From an uncultured Planctomycetia bacterium (GTDB taxonomy: Bacteria > Omnitrophota > Gorgyraeia > 2-02-FULL-51-18): a DNA stretch of 58,378 nt. The translations under genes and the position numbers were made by a program. Below the pieces are notes generated by a model. That model saw only the letters and a list, made by a program, of their open reading frames with translations, was not told the origin of the DNA and ran no database searches. This document shows positions 52,717 through 58,378 of the stretch, piece by piece. The stretch is from contig CAYJXB010000001.1 of assembly GCA_964374005.1 (NCBI GenBank), positions 1 to 58,378 on the forward strand, read 5' to 3'. Every line of letters begins with the position of its first letter. The stretch's first letter is position 1.

Positions 52717-53908
52717 TCAAGCGTCTTTCTTCTTCCGCCACCAGAACTTCGTCCAGTATCTGTATTGCGCGGTCAATCTCCTTTTCTCTTACCACCAAGG
52801 GTGGCATCAGTCTTAAAACATTCCCTTGCGTGCAGTTAATCAAGAGCTTGCGCTTTAGACATTCCTCATAAATATTCTTTCCTTCGATCGTTAATTCCAA
52901 TCCTGCCATTAAACACATGCCCCGAACCTCTTTAATCATCGGATGCTTCTTTTTAAGCTCATGAAGACGTTTAAATAAATGGGAGCCTGTGATCACCGCG
53001 TTGTTAATCAATTTTTCCTTATTGATCGCTTCAAACGTCGCCAGCGCCGCCGCACAAGCCAGCGGGCCGCCGCCAAACGTCGTGGCATGAGTTCCCGGCT
53101 CCAAAATATCAGCGATTTCTTTCTTCGCGATCATGGCCCCCATGGGAAATCCGCCGCCGATCGACTTGGCAAGCGTTAGGATGTCCGGTTCGAAACCGAA
53201 GTTTTTAAAACAAAACATGCGCCCGGTCCTACCCATCCCCGTTTGCACTTCGTCGAGAATTAAAAGAATCCTTTTATCGTTGCAAAGACGCCTCAAGGAA
53301 GATAAATACGCTTGGTCGGCCACATGGATGCCTCCTTCACCCTGAATGGGTTCCAAAATAACGGCGACTGTTTTTGGCGTCACCGCTTGTTCTAGGGCCT
53401 CCATATTATTGAAAGGGACCGTCGTAAAGCCCGGCACGAGCGGCTCAAAACCTTGTTGGTGCTTTTTTTGGCCGGTGGCCGTGATTGCGGTGATGGTCCT
53501 TCCGTGAAACGAGCGCTCCATCGAAATAATTTCGTTCCTCGAGGGGTTGCCAAATTTTCTGGCGAGTTTAAACGCCGCCTCGTTCGCCTCGGCTCCTGAG
53601 TTGCAAAAAAAGACTTTGCCCGGAAAGGAGTGACGGATTATTTCTTCCGCCAGCGTTCCCTGCAGTTCATGGTAATAATTATTGGACACGTGGATCAGCC
53701 GCTCGGCCTGCCGCTTGATCGCCTCCACGACACGGCGGTGGCAATGACCGATGCCACTGACACCCCAGCCCGGAAAGAAATCAAGGTATTCGTCCCCTTG
53801 CGTGTCCCACACTCGAGTCCCTCTGCCTCTCTCCAATACCAGAGGGGTTTTGGTATAACAGGGAACAACGTAGTCGTAATAGAGTCTAATCGTCTTGCGA
53901 TAATCCAT
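52673..53908 (-). CDS. argD: acetylornithine aminotransferase
   Basis: Class III aminotransferase (FFCNSGAEANE, LILDEVQTGMGRTG, TFGG). The last ~15 codons are read from element F1-g. Confidence 0.92.
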   Translation of the reverse strand: MDYRKTIRLYYDYVVPCYTKTPLVLERGRGTRVWDTQGDEYLDFFPGWGVSGIGHCHRRVVEAIKRQAERLIHVSNNYYHELQGTLAEEIIRHSFPGKVFFCNSGAEANEAAFKLARKFGNPSRNEIISMERSFHGRTITAITATGQKKHQQGFEPLVPGFTTVPFNNMEALEQAVTPKTVAVILEPIQGEGGIHVADQAYLSSLRRLCNDKRILLILDEVQTGMGRTGRMFCFKNFGFEPDILTLAKSIGGGFPMGAMIAKKEIADILEPGTHATTFGGGPLACAAALATFEAINKEKLINNAVITGSHLFKRLHELKKKHPMIKEVRGMCLMAGLELTIEGKNIYEECLKRKLLINCTQGNVLRLMPPLVVREKEIDRAIQILDEVLVAEEERRLTPPPVLSAKQTDCL

Positions 53909-53918
53909 ATAAAACCTC

Positions 53919-54030
53919 TAACTTAAAACGTAGAACGAAAAATGTAAAACTGTGGTGTCGCTTTCGCGACCTTGATTACAAGTCACGTCGTGACTCTAAA
54001 GTTTTTCGTTTTGCGTTTTTCGTTTTACGT
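53919..54030. repeat. F3-B: second copy of F3, inverted relative to F3-A, between argB and argD
   Basis: The reverse complement aligns with F3-A: ...CGCAAAAC..TTT.G.GTCAC...GTGAC.TGTAATCAA..GGTCGCGAA(A)GCGACAC..AGTTTTAC...TTTTAAGTT. Confidence 0.8.
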
Positions 54031-54893
54031 TATCTCTTAACAATCTCAGTGCCAATACCTTTGTCGGTAAATATTTCCAATAAGATTCCATGCGGGATCT
54101 TGCCGTCAATGATGTGAGTCTTCTTGACGCCTCGTTCCAGCGCTCGGATGCAGGCCTTGACTTTTGGGATCATGCCGCCGGTCAGCACTTTGGATTCGAT
54201 CAATGCGTCCAATTCCGAAACGTTGACATGCGAAATCAACGACTCAGGATTGCTCTGGTCTTTCAAGATTCCGCGCACATCAGTCAAAAGCACGAGCTTG
54301 AGTGCCCCGAGATTTCTGGCGATCTCGGCGGAAGATTGATCGGCGTTCACGTTATAAGTGAATCCGTCTTTTCCGATCCCGATCGGCGCGATCACAGGGA
54401 TAATGTCGCTGGTGATCATTTTCTGGATGACGTCCCCGTTGATTTTCGTAATCTCTCCCACAAAGCCGATATCCTCACCGTCAATATCCGCATGCTTTTT
54501 TACCTCGATCAAATGATCGTCCTTGCCGCTCAACGAAATGGCGCTCCCCCCAAGTGAAATAATTTCACGCACAATGTCACGGTTGATCTTGGTCAATTCT
54601 TCTTCCACGACCTCCATCGCCTCTTCATCCGTCACGCGAAACCCCTTGACGAACCTGACCTCCTTGCCGAGCTCCTCGATTCTTTTATTGATATAAGGCC
54701 CTCCGCCGTGCACCAAAATGGGCCGCATGCCGACGTAACTAGTGAAAACAATGTCTTCCAGCACATTCCTGCGGATCACGGGGTCCGTCATCGCCGCGCC
54801 GCCGTACTTAATCACGATGGTCTTATCGTAAAAACTCTGGATATAAGGCAGCGCCTCGATCAAGACGTCCGCTTTTTTGATCATTTCTTCCAT
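54030..54893 (-). CDS. argB: acetylglutamate kinase
   Basis: LIEALPYIQSFYDKTIVIKYGG, VHGGGP. Start placed at ATG 54893 (MEEMIKK). The ORF-track extension to 54971 runs through hairpin element F4. Confidence 0.92.
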   Translation of the reverse strand: MEEMIKKADVLIEALPYIQSFYDKTIVIKYGGAAMTDPVIRRNVLEDIVFTSYVGMRPILVHGGGPYINKRIEELGKEVRFVKGFRVTDEEAMEVVEEELTKINRDIVREIISLGGSAISLSGKDDHLIEVKKHADIDGEDIGFVGEITKINGDVIQKMITSDIIPVIAPIGIGKDGFTYNVNADQSSAEIARNLGALKLVLLTDVRGILKDQSNPESLISHVNVSELDALIESKVLTGGMIPKVKACIRALERGVKKTHIIDGKIPHGILLEIFTDKGIGTEIVKR

Positions 54894-54915
54894 GATTTCG
54901 CCTTTAGATCCTCTT

Positions 54916-55006
54916 TCAGAAGTCAGATGACAGAAGTCAGAAAGCAAAAAGCAGTTTCTGTCTTCTGTCATCTGTCCTCTGTTTTCTGATCATTGTCTTC
55001 TGACTT
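54916..55006. repeat. F4: long imperfect hairpin built of CAGAAG/TCTGAC-type short repeats between argJ and argB
   Basis: TCAGAAGTCAGATGACAGAAGTCAGAAAGC (54916-54945), AAAAA loop, GCAGTTTCTGTCTTCTGTCATCTGTCC (54951-54977), then further TCTGA/TTCTGAC units. Single copy in the window. Confidence 0.7.
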
Positions 55007-55010
55007 TTGT

Positions 55011-56213
55011 TCACGTTCTATACGCCGAGTTGATTCGCACATAATTGGTGGAAAAATCGCAGGTGTAGGCGGTCGCCCCGTATTTTCCCACGCCTAGATC
55101 CACAGCGATTTTAATATTCTTCTGCGCAAAAACACGGTTCAGGATCGCCGCTTTCTTTTTCACGCGTCCGCCGTTTTTCAGCACAAGCTCTTTCCCCAAA
55201 TAGATCATGAGCTTCCAAGGATCCACATGCGCGCCGGAATAGCCCACCGCCGCCACGATGCGACCCCAATTCGGGTCCGATCCAAATAGCGCGCATTTCA
55301 CGAGACTCGACCGCGCGACCGTCATGGCGACTTGCTTGGCTTCTTCGCGATTCAGCGCGTTTTTTACGGATATCTCGACAAACTTCGTGGCGCCTTCGGC
55401 GTCCCGGACCATTTGTTTCGCTAAAGATAAAAACAGGGCTTCAAGCGCCCGCGTAAAGAGCCGATGCTCTTTCGTTTTCTCCACGATCTTTTTATTCTGA
55501 GCCATGGCGTTGGCCAAAATTAACACCATGTCATTGGTGGACATGTCCCCGTCGATCGTGATCGTATTGAACGTTTTATTCACGGCCCGCGCCAGCGCAT
55601 CCCGAAGCGCGGCGGCCGTGATCACCGCGTCCGTCGTCACGAAACAAAGCATCGTCGCCATCTGCGGCCGAATCATGCCGGCCCCTTTTGCGATCGCGCC
55701 GATGCGCACCTTCTTTCTGCCGATCGGAAACTCCACGGCCATTTCCTTGATCACACGGTCCGTGGTTAGAATACCGGCCGCCGCGAACTCACTCCCCTTT
55801 GGGCTCAAGCCTTTCACGAGCTCCGGAACCGCTTTCACTATTTTCTTGATAGGAAGCGGTTTGCCGATCACGCCGGTGGAGGCGACGAGCACATTCTTTT
55901 TGCTAATCCTCAAAGCCCGCGCGATCGTAGCCGTCATGAGCCGTGAGTTCTCGAAACCGCTTTCGCCGGTCATGCAGTTGGCGTTTCCGGAATTCGCGAT
56001 GATCGCCTGCGCCTTGGAATCCCGCAAACGCTCCTTATTGATCACCACGCAAGAGGCCTGAACCTTATTCGCGGTAAAAACCCCCGCCGCCTCACAGACT
56101 TTCTCCGAAACAACCAACGTCAAGTCGCGTCGCTTGGATTTTTTGATTCCGCAATAAATGCCGTTGGCTTTGAACCCGAGAGGGGCCGTGATGCCCCTGT
56201 GAATGACCTTCAC
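55011..56213 (-). CDS. argJ: bifunctional ornithine acetyltransferase / N-acetylglutamate synthase
   Basis: Autoprocessing site MATMLCFVTTDA. 400 aa. Confidence 0.94.
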   Translation of the reverse strand: MKVIHRGITAPLGFKANGIYCGIKKSKRRDLTLVVSEKVCEAAGVFTANKVQASCVVINKERLRDSKAQAIIANSGNANCMTGESGFENSRLMTATIARALRISKKNVLVASTGVIGKPLPIKKIVKAVPELVKGLSPKGSEFAAAGILTTDRVIKEMAVEFPIGRKKVRIGAIAKGAGMIRPQMATMLCFVTTDAVITAAALRDALARAVNKTFNTITIDGDMSTNDMVLILANAMAQNKKIVEKTKEHRLFTRALEALFLSLAKQMVRDAEGATKFVEISVKNALNREEAKQVAMTVARSSLVKCALFGSDPNWGRIVAAVGYSGAHVDPWKLMIYLGKELVLKNGGRVKKKAAILNRVFAQKNIKIAVDLGVGKYGATAYTCDFSTNYVRINSAYRT

Positions 56214-57238
56214 TCAAGCCCTTCTCTCTCATCAAACCCACACATGATGTTCATGTTCTGCACAGCCTGCCCCGCGGCCCCTTTGTTCAGGTTATCGATG
56301 GCCGTGACAATGACCGCCAGCGATTTCTCCGGATGGACCCGAAGGCCAATGTCACAAAAATTAGTCCGGACCACGTTCTTTATCTCGGGAAGCGCCCCGT
56401 GCGTGTAGACTTTCACAAAAGGCTCTTTCGCGTAGCGCTTTTGGTAAATTCCGATGAGATCGTCCGTTGTCATATTTTTCTTTAACCGCACATAAATCGT
56501 GCTCAAAATCCCGCGATTGATCGGCAAAAGATGCGGCACAAATACGATCCTTATCTTTCTCTTCAGAGCCAGCTCGAGCTCTTGATCAATCTCCGGCACG
56601 TGCTGGTGCTCAAACAGCTTGTAAGGCTTAAAAGATTCATTGACTTCCGAAAAATTGAGAGATTTATCTGCCTTTCGGCCCGCCCCGGTGACTCCGCTTT
56701 TGGCGTCCACGACAAGGGTGTCCGCTCGAAACACATCCGCCGCCAACCCCGGCCACAGCCCGAGAATCGCTCCGGTCGAATAACAACCGGGGTTGGCCAC
56801 CAGCGCGGCCGACCGAATCTGTCTTCGATGGATTTCCGGAAGTCCGTACACCGCCTGCCTCAAGTTTTCGACATCCCGATGTGGTGTCTTATAAAATTTT
56901 TCGTAAACAGTCGCGTTTTCCAACCGGTAATCCGCGCTGATGTCTACGACTCTTTTTCTTGCTTTCAAAAAAAACGGCGCGTATTGCATCGACACCGTAT
57001 GAGGGAGCGATAAAAAGACAAAATCGCATTTTTCAATGGCCTCCTTGACCGATAGGGCTTTGCATTCAAGATCCAGACTATTTTTCAGATAAGGAAAAAT
57101 ATCCTGGATCCTGACTTCACGATCCTCTTTCCCCGACGTGTAGCGGATCGTGACGTGGGGATGACGCACGAGAAGCCGGACCAGTTCTTCGCCGGTGTAT
57201 CCAGTCGCTCCAACGATTCCGACATTTAATTTTTTCAT
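56210..57238 (-). CDS. argC: N-acetyl-gamma-glutamyl-phosphate reductase
   Basis: Start placed at ATG 57238 (MKKLNVGIVGATGYTG), just after GAGGAG. Active-site region NPGCYSTG. Confidence 0.93.
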   Translation of the reverse strand: MKKLNVGIVGATGYTGEELVRLLVRHPHVTIRYTSGKEDREVRIQDIFPYLKNSLDLECKALSVKEAIEKCDFVFLSLPHTVSMQYAPFFLKARKRVVDISADYRLENATVYEKFYKTPHRDVENLRQAVYGLPEIHRRQIRSAALVANPGCYSTGAILGLWPGLAADVFRADTLVVDAKSGVTGAGRKADKSLNFSEVNESFKPYKLFEHQHVPEIDQELELALKRKIRIVFVPHLLPINRGILSTIYVRLKKNMTTDDLIGIYQKRYAKEPFVKVYTHGALPEIKNVVRTNFCDIGLRVHPEKSLAVIVTAIDNLNKGAAGQAVQNMNIMCGFDEREGLE

Positions 57239-57279
57239 TTCTCCTCTAGTCCTTGTGATCAAAAGACTTAAAAAACTAC

Positions 57280-57308
57280 ATTATAGAGAGCTTTTCTCCG
57301 GATGTCAA
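57280..57308 (-). promoter_or_regulatory. Consensus sigma-70-type promoter for the arg-lys-dap-pan array
   Basis: Minus-strand TTGACA (57308..57303), 17 nt spacer, TATAAT (57285..57280). About 40 nt upstream of the argC ATG. The -35 box overlaps the terminator T-tract. Confidence 0.75.
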
Positions 57309-57343
57309 AAAATAAAAAATAAGGCCGAGCGTAAAGCTCGGCC
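57306..57343 (-). terminator. Rho-independent terminator of rplM-rpsI
   Basis: Minus-strand GGCCGAGC-TTTAC-GCTCGGCC (57343..57323) followed by TTATTTTTTATTTTTT. Confidence 0.85.
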
Positions 57344-57394
57344 AAATATGAAGTTACGAATATTCTAAATCGTCTTCTTGTCGCTATAATTCCG

Positions 57395-57811
57395 TTATCT
57401 CTTCGAGAATTGGAATCGGCGCCGAGCTCCCTTGCGACCGTACTTCTTTCGCTCTTTCATGCGAGGGTCGCGTGTTAAGTAACCGCCGCGGCGCAGCAAT
57501 GATTTCAAAGTTTCATCGTATTGAATGAGTGCCCTGGAAATGGCGTGACGGATCGCGCCCGCCTGGCCGGCGAGTCCTCCGCCCCGGACATTCGCAATGA
57601 TATTGATTTTATCGCTCAGACTCACCGCCTCAAGCGGCTGTTTCACGATCATCTGAAGTGTCGGCCTCCCGAAGTATTGGGACAGTCCCCTTTTATTGAT
57701 CTGAATGGTTCCGTTTCCTTTGTACAGCTGGACACGAGCCGTGGCTTCCTTTCTTCTGCCGGTGGCCATTTCCTTATTTTTGTCCGCTTTTAATAATTCC
57801 TTTTTTACCAT
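57395..57811 (-). CDS. rpsI: 30S ribosomal protein S9
   Basis: [13 protein letters not shown]-terminal [18 protein letters not shown]. Confidence 0.97.
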   Translation of the reverse strand: MVKKELLKADKNKEMATGRRKEATARVQLYKGNGTIQINKRGLSQYFGRPTLQMIVKQPLEAVSLSDKINIIANVRGGGLAGQAGAIRHAISRALIQYDETLKSLLRRGGYLTRDPRMKERKKYGRKGARRRFQFSKR

Positions 57812-58258
57812 TTATCTGACATCCTTTAACGAATACGCTTTGGGTTTCTGCGCCTGGTGAGGGTGCTCGCCTCCGGCATACACCAAAAGCCGTGTGATCA
57901 TTCGTTTGCCGAGTCTTGACTTGGGAAGCATCCCCTTGACCGCATGTTTAATCACATAGGTCGGGTCCTCTTTCATAACCCTTTCAAAAGTTCTCTCTCT
58001 CTGTCCGCTGGGGAAACCCGAGAAGTTTTTATAAATTTTTTGCTTGGCCTTGTTTCCGGTCACCATGACTTGTGAGGCATTGATCACAATGACCCCATGC
58101 CCCGTTTCAATGTGAGGCGTGTAATCGGTCTCAAGTTTACCGCTCAATATTCTGGAAATCTTTGATGCCAAACGACCTACCACCTGCCCTTTGGCGTCAA
58201 CAATCTCCCATTTTTTATTCTGATAGTCTTTGTTGTCCGCAAAAAAAGTGCCCATCAT
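57812..58258 (-). CDS. rplM: 50S ribosomal protein L13
   Basis: KWEIVDAKGQVVGRLAS, GGEHPH. The start could be the second ATG at 58255. Confidence 0.95.
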   Translation of the reverse strand: MMGTFFADNKDYQNKKWEIVDAKGQVVGRLASKISRILSGKLETDYTPHIETGHGVIVINASQVMVTGNKAKQKIYKNFSGFPSGQRERTFERVMKEDPTYVIKHAVKGMLPKSRLGKRMITRLLVYAGGEHPHQAQKPKAYSLKDVR

Positions 58259-58280
58259 TCCCTCACATGAGAAAAGTAGA

Positions 58281-58309
58281 AGGGTAACACCCTATTCCTT
58301 ATTTGTCAA
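58281..58309 (-). promoter_or_regulatory. Candidate promoter of rplM-rpsI
   Basis: Minus-strand TTGACA (58309..58304), 17 nt spacer, TACCCT (58286..58281). Confidence 0.5.
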
Positions 58310-58332
58310 GGGGTTAAAGTGGTTTTGTACAG

Positions 58333-58376
58333 CCAAAATAGAAATGTCCTAGTTCCACCAAATTAGAAATGTCCTA
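58333..58376. repeat. Two 19-bp direct repeats upstream of the rplM promoter
   Basis: CCAAAATAGAAATGTCCTA (58333-58351) and CCAAATTAGAAATGTCCTA (58358-58376). 18/19 identical, 25-bp period. Touches the window edge. Confidence 0.8.
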
Positions 58377-58378
58377 AT

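Overview
Housekeeping chromosome segment from an unidentified bacterium (no similarity search was possible; products are called from motifs in the supplied translations). I call 62 protein genes plus tRNA-Pro. All are on the minus strand except cinA. From high to low coordinate the arrays are: rplM-rpsI | terminator and consensus promoter | argC-J-B-D-F-G-H, lysA, dapF-A-B, dapL, folK, panC-D, aspartate dehydrogenase | ECF sigma and putative anti-sigma | tRNA-Pro | nudix, ogt, acyP, ligA, lipoprotein, xerD, rbfA, truB, ribF, rpsO, pnp, dut, ftsK, rodZ, rimO, pgsA, pgpA | cinA (+) | recA, recX, alaS, hisD-B-H-A-F-I, trpE-G-D-C-B-A, manC, ruvX, M16, M50, rpe, pgm, lepA, lepB, second pgsA-like gene. 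I found no phage, IS, CRISPR, toxin-antitoxin or defence genes. The unusual content is non-coding. Gene junctions are either overlapping or very short, or they hold a long hairpin-forming repeat. Family F1 (7 copies, termini CCCCACCACCTCC / GGAGGTGGTGGGG) and family F2 (4 copies, termini CCCCGTTAGA / TCTAACGGGG) are flanked by TCA direct repeats (TGA in the transcript). Deleting each copy plus one repeat in silico restores a classic start/stop overlap (ATGA, GTGA or TGATG), or in one case an ATG start with a longer overlap. The stop-proximal arm of F1 copies the conserved anti-Shine-Dalgarno core of 16S rRNA. The other arm supplies the AGGAGG Shine-Dalgarno and the G of a new GTG start for the downstream gene. 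I read these as MITE-like elements that sit in stop/start overlaps and bring their own ribosome-binding site, possibly keeping translational coupling through a stop-to-RBS hairpin. Smaller observations: two further hairpin families (F3, F4), a hairpin-split RBS candidate at lysA, tRNA-Pro 3'-end fragments, a polybasic N-terminal tail on ArgF, and no trpF in the his-trp array. Coordinates of non-CDS features were hand-counted and anchored to ORF-track ends, so they may be off by 1-2 nt.
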